Shown here in pieces: positions 31,586 through 41,199 of a stretch of DNA of 64,000 nucleotides. This DNA is from Promethearchaeota archaeon (lineage in GTDB: Archaea; Asgardarchaeota; Lokiarchaeia; Sigyniarchaeales; SOKP01), in contig JBHLNZ010000005.1 in the NCBI GenBank assembly GCA_048941015.1, forward strand, positions 25,089 to 89,088, in the 5' to 3' direction. A model generated the notes under the pieces. The model worked only from the letters and a program-made list of their open reading frames with translations. It was not told the origin of the DNA and did not search any database. Every line of letters starts with the position of its first letter. The first letter of the stretch is position 1. The position numbers and the translations under genes are program-made.

Positions 31586-31924
31586 ATGGTTGAGTTCTGT
31601 CCGGAGTGCTCAAATCTTTTACGGAAAAAAAATATGGATGGTAAGTATTTCTTAGTTTGTCGATGTGGATATCAAAAAGAGATTGAATCAAACAAAACTG
31701 AGCTTAAAAAAGAAGCAGAAAAAAAGAAAAAAGCTTTAGAAAAGAATTTACTGATATTATCTGAAGAAGATAAAATTTCTGTACATATTAAGGTTTTAAA
31801 ATATTGTCCGAAGTGTAATAATCGAGAGGCTGAGGCTTGGCAAGAACAAACTAGAGGGGCAGACGAACCGAGTACTACCTTTTTTAGATGTGTTAAATGT
31901 AAACATACATGGCGTGAATATTAA
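31586..31924 (+). CDS. tfs: Transcription factor S (TFS)
   Basis: FCPECSNLL, CPKC, QTRGADEP acidic hairpin, CVKCKHTWREY. Confidence 0.95.
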   Translation: MVEFCPECSNLLRKKNMDGKYFLVCRCGYQKEIESNKTELKKEAEKKKKALEKNLLILSEEDKISVHIKVLKYCPKCNNREAEAWQEQTRGADEPSTTFFRCVKCKHTWREY

Positions 31925-31981
31925 GTAATTCTTTAGAATCATTAATTTAAGGAAAAGTAATATTGTTATCTATTTAATTCA

Positions 31982-32003
31982 TCGTGAAAGAGGCGTTTCA
32001 CGA
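31982..32003. terminator. Hairpin between convergent tfs and beta-helix genes
   Basis: TCGTGAAA-GAGGCG-TTTCACGA, perfect 8-bp stem. Confidence 0.4.
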
Positions 32004-32009
32004 ATAAAA

Positions 32010-33869
32010 TTAAGGTCTTTTTTCTCGAAAGATCCAAGCAAGTAATAATATAATACTAATCGGTATTAAAAAAATTGCTATATTAATTGTTGAAATTCGA
32101 TTATTTACACATAAATTATCTTTATAGAAATTATTTTCGCAACTTTCATCTTGCTGGGAGCATACTTCATTGTTTAACAAGACATTTTGAATAACAGTAT
32201 TATTATTTGATTCATAAGTAAGTTGAATTCCATAAAGATTATTATAAAAATAATTATTTTTGATCACAGCATTCTTAGAATATGCTAATTGTAGCCCAAA
32301 ATAATCATTTTCTTTCACATTATTAGAATTAATAGAGCTATTTTCAACGTGGTTCAAATATATCCCTCTTATCCTATTTTTAGTAATTGTATTATGTGAT
32401 ATGAATGCTTCTTCACATCTATCTAAACAAATACCGTCATTATTGTTATTTTTTATATCATTGTTTATTAGAATTACCATTTCTGTTCGATAAACATTGA
32501 TTCCATCATCGAAATTATAATTTATTTGATTATTAATAATCATCATATTTGATCCATAACTTATGCTGATTCCATGATGATCGTTTCTAATAAATGTGCA
32601 TTCTTTCATTTCCATGTTTTGAGATTCTCTTGAAAATAACCCATATATATTATATGAAGAATCAATATAAGATATTGAATTATTCGAGCAGCTATCTAAA
32701 TAGATTCCAATTGATGAATGAGAGACATCAATATTAGAAATAATGGTATTGTTACAATTCATTAAAATTACTTGTCCCGCATTCAAAAAGTTATCTGAAT
32801 TTAAAGAATTGACGTTTTGATAATAATAAATAGGTTTGTTATTAGCTAAATTAGTTTTATCAATATTTTGGACAATTAATGAATAAGGATCTAAATAATT
32901 TATAAGAATTCCACAATTATACATTTGATTTCCTGAGAGGTTATTTCTATCCCCATTTAAAATAATACCCCATACACAATTATTTATTTTATTATTTATA
33001 ATAGCATTCGAATCAGTATATTCCAAATTAATACCATATTCACTTTTTATAACGGTATTATTAGAAACAGTATTATTAGGTGAAGCAATTAGAATTATAC
33101 CTTCATGTATTTCATTAACATTTTCAATTGAATTATTATTAATGAAATTTTGAGTTATAATATATCCATAAATTGCAATATATCTATCAAAACCTTGACT
33201 AATAGGAAAAATGTCGTTATTTCTAATTATATTATCAGAGACATTAAAAAATGAACTAAGTCTTGAATGGATTCCGAAATAAATACTATCAATGATATCG
33301 TTTGACAAAAAGCTAACAAAATGGGAATCAGTAGAATAAATTCCATAGGCATTTTCATATAGAGAATTTTCTGATACCGTAATATATGAGCAATTGGTTA
33401 AATAAATTCCATGGTAATTTGAGCTAATTGTATTATTAAGTATTATCCCATTGGATATATTACTTAAAAACATTCCATAGAATAAGTCTCCCATTATATT
33501 TGGCAAATAACAATTCCTTAATATAAAAAACACCTTAGAATTCTCAATAGTAATAAACGCGTCTTCATACATGATTAGTTCATCATTTATTGTTACATTT
33601 TCAATAATAAACGGATCATTTAATGTTCCGGAGCCATTACACCAGTCATATGTCGAATTTGTTTCTGTCCAATTATTATTTATGTGAATTTTATGTGATA
33701 TTATCCAATTAGTCGAGCTTCTCGGCAGTTCGTCATTCTTTAAATTTTCTAAAAAAATGGTATTTTGGTTTAAATTGGCAGATTTAAATTGATAAAAATA
33801 CAAAGGAAAAGCAATAAATAAATTTTGGCTAACAAAAAGGATGATTAATATTTTATTATTTATCTTCAT
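32010..33869 (-). CDS. Secreted, membrane-anchored NosD/CASH parallel beta-helix protein
   Basis: N-terminal hydrophobic segment, GSGTLNDPFIIEN, many GI.L..S.NN.I..N repeats, C-terminal TM followed by basic tail. Confidence 0.85.
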   Translation of the reverse strand: MKINNKILIILFVSQNLFIAFPLYFYQFKSANLNQNTIFLENLKNDELPRSSTNWIISHKIHINNNWTETNSTYDWCNGSGTLNDPFIIENVTINDELIMYEDAFITIENSKVFFILRNCYLPNIMGDLFYGMFLSNISNGIILNNTISSNYHGIYLTNCSYITVSENSLYENAYGIYSTDSHFVSFLSNDIIDSIYFGIHSRLSSFFNVSDNIIRNNDIFPISQGFDRYIAIYGYIITQNFINNNSIENVNEIHEGIILIASPNNTVSNNTVIKSEYGINLEYTDSNAIINNKINNCVWGIILNGDRNNLSGNQMYNCGILINYLDPYSLIVQNIDKTNLANNKPIYYYQNVNSLNSDNFLNAGQVILMNCNNTIISNIDVSHSSIGIYLDSCSNNSISYIDSSYNIYGLFSRESQNMEMKECTFIRNDHHGISISYGSNMMIINNQINYNFDDGINVYRTEMVILINNDIKNNNNDGICLDRCEEAFISHNTITKNRIRGIYLNHVENSSINSNNVKENDYFGLQLAYSKNAVIKNNYFYNNLYGIQLTYESNNNTVIQNVLLNNEVCSQQDESCENNFYKDNLCVNNRISTINIAIFLIPISIILLLAWIFREKRP

Positions 33870-33998
33870 TTATAGTATTCATTTAATCTTGATTAAATTA
33901 AATTGATTTAATTCAAGTTATTTAATTTAATATATATAAAGTAATAAAATTACTAATAAATTGACTTCTTTTGTTAGAATTAAAAAAGTATAGTTCTA

Positions 33999-34205
33999 TT
34001 AGGAAAGAACTTCTAATATTTTAGTTAAAATACGAGCTTTACCGCCAGTTGACTGTAATAATGTTTTTCCACAAACTAAACATTCAACATCGGTTGCAGC
34101 GCAGCCAAAAACTATCTGTTGATTACCACAATTCAAGCACTTGACTCTTAGAAACCTACTTTTAGGTTGGGGGATTAACTCTTTTAACTTTTTTGTTTTT
34201 ACCAT
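33999..34205 (-). CDS. rps27e: 30S ribosomal protein S27e
   Basis: [30 protein letters not shown]. Confidence 0.96.
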   Translation of the reverse strand: MVKTKKLKELIPQPKSRFLRVKCLNCGNQQIVFGCAATDVECLVCGKTLLQSTGGKARILTKILEVLS

Positions 34206-34219
34206 AAATAATATCACTT

Positions 34220-34501
34220 CTAAACTTCTTGTAATTCTAACTTTTTTACTCGATATGACTTAGCATACTGTTTCTTTCCACATTCAGAGCATTCAAGCAT
34301 AGGAGTCGTCCTTTTATTTATCTTAGCGTTTTTATGAAAGATTTCTTTCGGAAAGCTCCCATATCCTCTTTTCTTTCTTTCTAATCTCCTACGACCATGG
34401 TTTAGCATTCTTTCTTTGCCCTTCTTATATAGAGCTACAGTATGTTTTGTATGTGATCGGCATGTTGGGCAATATCTATTTATAGTTCTAGGATATTTCA
34501 T
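34220..34501 (-). CDS. rpl44e: 50S ribosomal protein L44e
   Basis: [26 protein letters not shown]. Confidence 0.95.
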   Translation of the reverse strand: MKYPRTINRYCPTCRSHTKHTVALYKKGKERMLNHGRRRLERKKRGYGSFPKEIFHKNAKINKRTTPMLECSECGKKQYAKSYRVKKLELQEV

Positions 34502-34658
34502 TTTCTCCTTACCATGAGTCTATACGTATCTTTATTAATTATTTATAAATTTTAAACTTTATTAGTTCTTTTTAATTTCCCTTAAAGAAAAGTTTCGCTT
34601 AATAAAAAAGATTTTAAACTTTACTTACATAAATTTAATAAAACTTATAATAAGAATT

Positions 34659-35582
34659 ATGACTTTTAAAGACAAATTTAATGAAGGTATCATAACTGCT
34701 AAAGACTTTACAAGAGAAGATTTAGATTATATTTTGAAGAAAGCAAAAGAAATGATGAAGAATAAAAAAAATTCTGATCTCTTAAAGAATAAAATATTAG
34801 CGACTCTCTTTTTTGAACCTTCCACTAGGACCCGTTTAAGCTTCGAATCAGCAATGTATCGCCTCGGTGGAAATGTTATTGGTTTCCATTCTGGTGATGT
34901 TTCTTCAATAAAGAAAGGGGAAAGTATTGCAGACACGATTAGAACTGTTGAAAATTACAGTGATGGTATAGTAATTAGACATAATTTAGAAGGAGCTGCA
35001 ACATTAGCAGCCAAATTTTCTAAGATACCTATTATTAATGCTGGATCTGGAAGTGGTGAACATCCAACTCAAGCTCTTTTAGATTTATTAACCATCACAG
35101 AAGAAAGTGGTAGTATAGATGGTATTAATATTGGAATTATGGGAGATTTAAAATATGGGCGGACAGTTCATTCTCTCGCAATTTTATTATCACATTACGA
35201 TGTAAATATCTATTTTATAAGTCCAAAGGAATTAATGTTAAGAAATAGAGATAAAGAATTCTTAAGACAAAAAAATGCCAAATACAAAGAAATAACTCAG
35301 TATAGAAATATACTTAATATATTGGATGTACTTTACATGACACGAATTCAAAAAGAAAGATTTGCCGATGTTGAGGAATATGATAGAGTAAAAAGTTTTT
35401 ATGTTTTTAATAAAGAAGATTTAAAAGAAACTAAAGATAATTTTAAAATTATGCATCCTCTCCCTAGATTGATAGAAATTTCTCCGGAAATTGATAATTC
35501 GCCAAAATCAATTTACTTCAAGCAAACTTTTTATGGAATTCCTATGAGAATGGCTATTCTAGGAGAATTGTTAGCGGATTAA
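34659..35582 (+). CDS. pyrB: Aspartate carbamoyltransferase catalytic subunit
   Basis: FFEPSTRTRLSFE, HPTQALLD, GDLKYGRTVHS, MHPLPR. Confidence 0.97.
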   Translation: MTFKDKFNEGIITAKDFTREDLDYILKKAKEMMKNKKNSDLLKNKILATLFFEPSTRTRLSFESAMYRLGGNVIGFHSGDVSSIKKGESIADTIRTVENYSDGIVIRHNLEGAATLAAKFSKIPIINAGSGSGEHPTQALLDLLTITEESGSIDGINIGIMGDLKYGRTVHSLAILLSHYDVNIYFISPKELMLRNRDKEFLRQKNAKYKEITQYRNILNILDVLYMTRIQKERFADVEEYDRVKSFYVFNKEDLKETKDNFKIMHPLPRLIEISPEIDNSPKSIYFKQTFYGIPMRMAILGELLAD

Positions 35583-35615
35583 ATATCTAAACTTAAAAAT
35601 ATTTACTCTTGCAAC

Positions 35616-37595
35616 TTATTCTTTAAAGTAAAATGCGCTCAATTCTGAAGTAATTAATCCTTTCAAAATATCTTTTAGTTGTGCTTTATTTGAATTTAAA
35701 ATACAATTAAATATAATTCCCCCATCAAGAATTTTCTCAAATTTTTTAAATAAGCGAATTTTTTTGTCTATTGAAAGATTTGAAGTATTTCTTACAATTT
35801 CAGTGCAATATTTAATTGAATCACTTTCTAAATCAAAATTATGAAGATTTGATGAATTAAGAAGGTATTTATCGTCATGGGGCTGGCAAAGTAAAAACTT
35901 TTCTTGTTCTTTTTCATTTTTTTCTTTAATTAATTGTTTTAATAGATTTAAAATTTTCAAGGCAAATTTTTCGCTGGATTCTAATCTATCTAGTTCAATA
36001 CCACAATGAATATTAATAGCTCGATTCAAACCAGAAAAGCTTATTGCTTTCAGAGAAGAATCGAGCCAATTGTTATTTGTAATATTAAAAAATTCGTTAA
36101 TAAGAAAATTCCAGTCATTCAAAGATTGTAATTTCTTTTGGGTCAGAGATTTTTTAATATCAAAAAGCTTGAATACTGAATTTAATCTTTCAGAAAGAAG
36201 ATCATTAAAACGATTATCATTTTGATTTGATTGGAGAGCGATTGCATGTAAATTAATTAAAATCTTATCTAATATTATTTGGTTTTTGTAAGATTCATTT
36301 TTTTTATAAATTAGAGGGTTTATAATCGTTGAATTTAAGAGAAATGAATTAGTATTCTTGTAAAAAATGATATCATTAAATAACTCAGAATCGGTAAATT
36401 GATTTACATAAGCATCATTTTTCAAAAAAGAATAGTCAAATAGTATTGTAGGTTTATTCAGAATTTTATATCTTTTATTATAAGATTGTATAAAATCTAA
36501 AAACTTCAGACTTTTTTCATTTTTAGAGGATTCAGGATTGCATTTTTCCCTATACGAAAATTCTAAAGATAGATGAGGCTTATCATCATAATAACGATTA
36601 TTAAATTTAATTATCTCTGATAGTAAAATCCTATTAATTGAAGAATTATTATCAGAAATTGGAAAATGAGAAAGAAAATCTCTGTTAAAATTTCCTAATA
36701 AGATATCTTCGGAAAAGTATGCATTAAATCTTGTTAAAGTTTCAAAAAACTTAAGAATTATATGATTTAAATCGAAAGAATTTGTACTTTTATTTAAAGT
36801 ATATGAATACTGCTTAGCAAGAAAATCTAAGATAGAAGAAGAATTGAAATAAAAACCTAAGGATCTTAAACTCCAGTAATTTAAATTGAGTAAAGTTATT
36901 TCTCCAGATAAATATAAATCAGCTAAATCTTTAGGTAATAAGTTTAATAATAAAAATTGTTCTGATGCATCAGATCCAAGCTTATTTAAAAAAGCTTCTG
37001 GATTAATTATTTGATTTTCAAAATAGCTGAATGCTTCACTTGGTGGAGTCCCTAAACGAGTCAGTTTATGTCTTATCTCTTCTAATCCGTTTTCCAGTAA
37101 AATTCCATTAATATATTCTCTCATTAAAGGAGCTGTAAGGTATTCAATATTAGCTTTCGAAAGTCTTTCTTCTACTTCATTAGCTATTTGTTTTGCAAGA
37201 AATCTCTCCAGTTCACCTTCATTTATTAGATATTCTTCTATTTTTTTTACATTAAAAGGTTCTTTTGAGTATTTTGACGTTCTGATCATTATTGTTTTGT
37301 TCTGATCGTTAATAACTTTTTCAATTGATAGTATATTCTTTAAAATTTGTTTTCCGAGAGAATTCAGATAATATCCATCATCGGATAAATCGATATAATT
37401 CCCATTTTTTAAAGCTTTTAGATGAAAAGAAAAGTTAATTGAACCAGGATTATTACCTAATACCTCTTTTTGTAAATTAGAAAAAGAGAGAGGTCTTTGA
37501 ATAGTGTTTAATTTCTTTAAAATATCTATCCTAACTTTCTGACCCAATATTTTAAGGTGCTTTTCTATATTATCTGTGTTTTTGTCGGAATCCAA
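35616..37595 (-). CDS. Winged-HTH + ATP-cone + degenerate class III RNR (NrdD-like) fusion
   Basis: ArsR-like N-terminus (RIDILKKL..LSFSNLQ..FSFHLKAL); ATP-cone (IRTSKYSKEPFN..YLTAPLMREYINGILLENGL..TRLG); NrdD-like body with no glycyl-radical loop. Confidence 0.8.
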   Translation of the reverse strand: MDSDKNTDNIEKHLKILGQKVRIDILKKLNTIQRPLSFSNLQKEVLGNNPGSINFSFHLKALKNGNYIDLSDDGYYLNSLGKQILKNILSIEKVINDQNKTIMIRTSKYSKEPFNVKKIEEYLINEGELERFLAKQIANEVEERLSKANIEYLTAPLMREYINGILLENGLEEIRHKLTRLGTPPSEAFSYFENQIINPEAFLNKLGSDASEQFLLLNLLPKDLADLYLSGEITLLNLNYWSLRSLGFYFNSSSILDFLAKQYSYTLNKSTNSFDLNHIILKFFETLTRFNAYFSEDILLGNFNRDFLSHFPISDNNSSINRILLSEIIKFNNRYYDDKPHLSLEFSYREKCNPESSKNEKSLKFLDFIQSYNKRYKILNKPTILFDYSFLKNDAYVNQFTDSELFNDIIFYKNTNSFLLNSTIINPLIYKKNESYKNQIILDKILINLHAIALQSNQNDNRFNDLLSERLNSVFKLFDIKKSLTQKKLQSLNDWNFLINEFFNITNNNWLDSSLKAISFSGLNRAINIHCGIELDRLESSEKFALKILNLLKQLIKEKNEKEQEKFLLCQPHDDKYLLNSSNLHNFDLESDSIKYCTEIVRNTSNLSIDKKIRLFKKFEKILDGGIIFNCILNSNKAQLKDILKGLITSELSAFYFKE

Positions 37596-37700
37596 TTTAG
37601 TTTCAGAATTTGTCTTGTTGTTAAAAATTGCTTAACTAAATTATAATTTTATCGGTATATAAAAATTTAGGAATTCTGCTTACTATATATCGAACCTGAT

Positions 37701-37756
37701 AATATCCGGGTGATATTTTTCAATAAGTTCAGAAAAAATCTCAATATATGAGATTT
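37701..37756. promoter_or_regulatory. Two inverted repeats upstream of the HTH-ATP-cone gene
   Basis: AATATC-N5-GATATT (37701-37717) and AAATCTCA-N5-TGAGATTT (37736-37756); minus-strand TTTATATA box at 37656-37663. Confidence 0.35.
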
Positions 37757-37818
37757 CAATTATTATAAAATCAAATTTTTATTGAGTTAATAATAATAGA
37801 AAATTTAGATCTCTTATT

Positions 37819-38436
37819 TTATCTCGCTGAAACTGCAATTCTCTCAATTTCATCTTTTCTTTTAACTGCCCTTGATTCTTGACTATTACTTGCAGCTAAA
37901 ATTAATTCTTGTGCAATATTAGCCTCAAAAATCCTTTCACTAGAATGAGATCTACCACCAATTGCTTGAACTAAATACTTGATTGCTAAGTCTACGCGGC
38001 GCTGTGGTGCGATATCTACTGCTGACGCATATGAAATCCCCCCCATGGCAATCTTAGTGGTTTCTTCTCTCGGAGCAGTATTACAAATCGCATCTACCAG
38101 AACTTGTATTGGATTATTGCCAGTATTTAACTCAATTATTTTAAAAGCTGCCTTTAGACTTTTAATTAATTTATTTTTTTTACCTGAACTATAGGAACTT
38201 TTATGACCTTTAATTTTTGAACTGATAAATCCAGGAGCTAGTAGTCTATTAGCAAATCTCTCAATTATAGATACACGTGAAGTTTTCCAAAATCTTCTAT
38301 GCTCATGTCTCCCTGCTGAGTGAGGAACAATTATAGGCCTTAAATTTATATACTTTTCTAAGGTCCAATCACTGACTTCAATACCATCAAAAGACCATTC
38401 ATTGAAGAGTTTAATATCTTTTTTACTTTTACTCAT
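37819..38436 (-). CDS. rps7: 30S ribosomal protein S7
   Basis: PHSAGRH, NPIQVLVDAI, APREE, VDIAPQRRVDLA, ERIAVSAR. Confidence 0.97.
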   Translation of the reverse strand: MSKSKKDIKLFNEWSFDGIEVSDWTLEKYINLRPIIVPHSAGRHEHRRFWKTSRVSIIERFANRLLAPGFISSKIKGHKSSYSSGKKNKLIKSLKAAFKIIELNTGNNPIQVLVDAICNTAPREETTKIAMGGISYASAVDIAPQRRVDLAIKYLVQAIGGRSHSSERIFEANIAQELILAASNSQESRAVKRKDEIERIAVSAR

Positions 38437-38441
38437 AGAGT

Positions 38442-38876
38442 TTACCTCATTGGCTTCTCTTTAATACCTTTTATTAATGCGTCTAAGCTAACTCCATTTA
38501 CCTTAATAACTTTCCATCTTACTCCAGGAAGATCGCCGATACTTCTACCTTTCGCGCCTCCGATACCTTCAAGAAGAACTCTATCATGTTCTTCTATAAA
38601 ATTAAGTGCTCCATCTCCAGGGAGGAAGGCAGTTACACCTTTTCCATTTTTTTTAAGTTGAACTCGAACACATTTTCTGATTGCTGAATTAGGTTGCTTA
38701 CTCTCCCTTCCTACTTTCTGTAAGACAATTCCGAGAGCCTGTGGAGCACCCTCAAAAGGATCCACTTTCTGTTTTAATTTAAGCTTTTTTCTTTTATACT
38801 TTGTTTTACTCCATCGGAAGCGTCGACGGTTTTTCCTTAATTGACGAGCCGCATAGAGTCCTTTTGGTTTACCCAT
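38442..38876 (-). CDS. rps12: 30S ribosomal protein S12
   Basis: [25 protein letters not shown]. Confidence 0.98.
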   Translation of the reverse strand: MGKPKGLYAARQLRKNRRRFRWSKTKYKRKKLKLKQKVDPFEGAPQALGIVLQKVGRESKQPNSAIRKCVRVQLKKNGKGVTAFLPGDGALNFIEEHDRVLLEGIGGAKGRSIGDLPGVRWKVIKVNGVSLDALIKGIKEKPMR

Positions 38877-38962
38877 AATGATACTCTTAAGTTGAACTAA
38901 TTATGATAAATTTAGTATTATTCCCTTAAACTTAAAATTTATGAAATTAGATTATAATAAAT

Positions 38963-39436
38963 TTAATTTTTTGTATTTATTATAACGTTATCTATTTCAA
39001 AATGTCGTAAAACAAGTTCTTTAATCTTTCTTATCATTGATCCTTCCTTGCCAATAGCTTTTCCACGATCTTGCGGTCGAACAGAGATTATAACTGTTTT
39101 TTTTCCAGTTTTGCTCTCTTTTATTTCAATATTTTGAACTTTAATTGAATTTTTAGCAGTATTAAGAATATATTGAATAAATTGTTCAAGATTATTTGAC
39201 CATGGGATGACGTCTATTTTTTTTTGTAATTTTGACATTAAATCCTTAACATGTTCTCCTGCTTTTCCAATAGCTTTTCCAACATCTTCTTTTTTAACTA
39301 AGAAGATTATGATTTCCGCATTATTTTCAGGTGATTCGAATATTAGGCAATCTTTAATTATAGCTCCAGAAATATTGTTAAATAAGGAAATAAGTTCCAT
39401 AGATTGGCGATCAATTTTAATATTTTTTCTTAGCAT
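38963..39436 (-). CDS. nusA: Archaeal NusA
   Basis: Two KH domains (GKAIGKAG, GKAIGKEG); lies between L30e and S12. Confidence 0.94.
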   Translation of the reverse strand: MLRKNIKIDRQSMELISLFNNISGAIIKDCLIFESPENNAEIIIFLVKKEDVGKAIGKAGEHVKDLMSKLQKKIDVIPWSNNLEQFIQYILNTAKNSIKVQNIEIKESKTGKKTVIISVRPQDRGKAIGKEGSMIRKIKELVLRHFEIDNVIINTKN

Positions 39437-39458
39437 CTTTAAAATTTACTCTTTACAT

Positions 39459-39833
39459 TTAATTGTTCTTAGTTTTTAATGTTAACAAATCAGAATCTCC
39501 AAAATCATTTATGCCAATTATTGAAATCATATAAGGCTTTCCCATTGCTAAGCCTAAATCCCAAGAAGAGCCCAGATATTTATAAATAAATGTAGGATTT
39601 CCCGATAATGAATTATAATGCTGAAGTTGGTTTATTAACTCAGTTGGGCAATTACTACTTATAATTAACATCTTAAAGGGATTCTGTCTTAATTGTCTCA
39701 ATACTTGACTTTTTCCATAGACTACTTTTCCCGTTTTATAAGCAACTTTGATGTTTGTATTAACATCAAATTCTTTTACTTTTTTTCTAGATAAATCAAT
39801 AGATTCGCTTATCTTTTTGTTTTTCCTTGCCAT
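39459..39833 (-). CDS. rpl30e: 50S ribosomal protein L30e
   Basis: KTGKVVYG, SSNCP, GSSWDLGLAMGKPY, GDSDLL. Confidence 0.94.
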   Translation of the reverse strand: MARKNKKISESIDLSRKKVKEFDVNTNIKVAYKTGKVVYGKSQVLRQLRQNPFKMLIISSNCPTELINQLQHYNSLSGNPTFIYKYLGSSWDLGLAMGKPYMISIIGINDFGDSDLLTLKTKNN

Positions 39834-39971
39834 CTTCTCAATAAATAATATCTATTTTAAATTTGATAATGAAGTAATAAAAATAATATATAATAATTTA
39901 AATTTTTAACGTAGATTCTGCTTTTTCCTTGTTTTTATTATTTGATTATTTACATTAAGATATTAAAAGAT

Positions 39972-41171
39972 TTACTTTTTCTTCGATTTATTTAAAATTT
40001 TTAGATTTTCATCCAAATCAAACATAATATTCACTCTTCCCGTCCCAATAGGAGTTACTTGCCCGATAATAACATTTTCAGGGATTCCAAGTAATCTTTC
40101 CTCTTCTCCATATAAACCAGCATCTAATAATTGATTTACTGTTACTTCAAAAGCAGCTCTTGCAAATACACTTGATTTAGAGCCTGAAATACCATGTCTA
40201 CCAATCGATTGAATCGTTCCTCCAACGCACATAAGATCTGACAAAATTAACAAATGTCTTAAATCAACATCTAAACCTTGTTGTTCTAAAACTTTTTGAG
40301 ACTCCTTTATTATCATGTTCCGAGCCGCTTCAATACCATAAAGTTTTTCTATTTCATGAATGTGATTTGATACAGTTCTAGTAGTATCGACACCTTCTAT
40401 CTGAACAACACCCTGCATATTAGTCCCTTCAGTTTTAATTACCCATTCTTTATTATCATCTGAAGGAGTTAGTAATCCTCTTTTAATACCTCTAATTCCT
40501 TTTACAACTTTTTTAAGGATTTTTTCCCTTAATTTTTGAAGACTTTGAAGATCTTCAATTCCAGGATCAATAATTATAGAATTACCTTCACGTTTTATAG
40601 TTCCCTTTTTCTTATATCTTTTTAAAATATCAGGTATCCTTTCGATGTCTATCCCTTTATTTTCACATATTTCTGGGATTAAGTTAATAATAATATTCCA
40701 ATTAACAAAATCTAGGTCCACATCATGGGTTATTTGTTCTATACGAATTTGTTCAATTCGATTATGAACTTTAAGAGCATCTTTTTCAGTTTCTCTATAA
40801 TCTTCTTCCAAAAAAATCGTCATTTGAGGTGTGGATGGAAAACGACGAGCGTCCACTATTTCAATTAAACGAGGTAAACCTTGAGTAACTGAAAATTCTT
40901 CAACTCCCGCATAGTGAAAAGTTCGTAAGGTCATTTGAGTTCCAGGTTCGCCAATTGATTGAGCCGCAACGGTACCTACTGGTTCACTTGTTTCTACAAT
41001 GGCGTTATTAAAATTAATATATATTTTATTTAGTAAGTAATCTAATTGTTCCTCTTCCAAATCCTCATTTAGTATACGTTTTCGAATTTTTTCAATCAAA
41101 TCATCTGGAATTCCATCTGATTTTAATTCATCTAACTTCTCTTCCAATAATTTACTTGTTATTTTAACCAT
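39972..41171 (-). CDS. rpoA2: RNA polymerase subunit Rpo1C (A'')
   Basis: [43 protein letters not shown]. Confidence 0.98.
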   Translation of the reverse strand: MVKITSKLLEEKLDELKSDGIPDDLIEKIRKRILNEDLEEEQLDYLLNKIYINFNNAIVETSEPVGTVAAQSIGEPGTQMTLRTFHYAGVEEFSVTQGLPRLIEIVDARRFPSTPQMTIFLEEDYRETEKDALKVHNRIEQIRIEQITHDVDLDFVNWNIIINLIPEICENKGIDIERIPDILKRYKKKGTIKREGNSIIIDPGIEDLQSLQKLREKILKKVVKGIRGIKRGLLTPSDDNKEWVIKTEGTNMQGVVQIEGVDTTRTVSNHIHEIEKLYGIEAARNMIIKESQKVLEQQGLDVDLRHLLILSDLMCVGGTIQSIGRHGISGSKSSVFARAAFEVTVNQLLDAGLYGEEERLLGIPENVIIGQVTPIGTGRVNIMFDLDENLKILNKSKKK

Positions 41172-41199
41172 AATATCTAACCTAATATTTGATTTCTAA

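Noticed and set aside
32010-33869. Repetitive Asn/Ile-rich DNA as a repeat array or mobile element
   Set aside because: Explained by beta-helix protein repeats; no nucleotide-level direct repeats or transposase seen
35616-37595. Calling this gene an active anaerobic ribonucleotide reductase (nrdD)
   Set aside because: No glycyl-radical loop, C-terminal metal site or recognisable catalytic Cys
37683-37692. CTATATATCG resembling the bacterial NrdR-box core
   Set aside because: Low-complexity TA run in AT-rich DNA with non-matching flanks; the neighbouring protein has a wHTH, not the NrdR Zn ribbon
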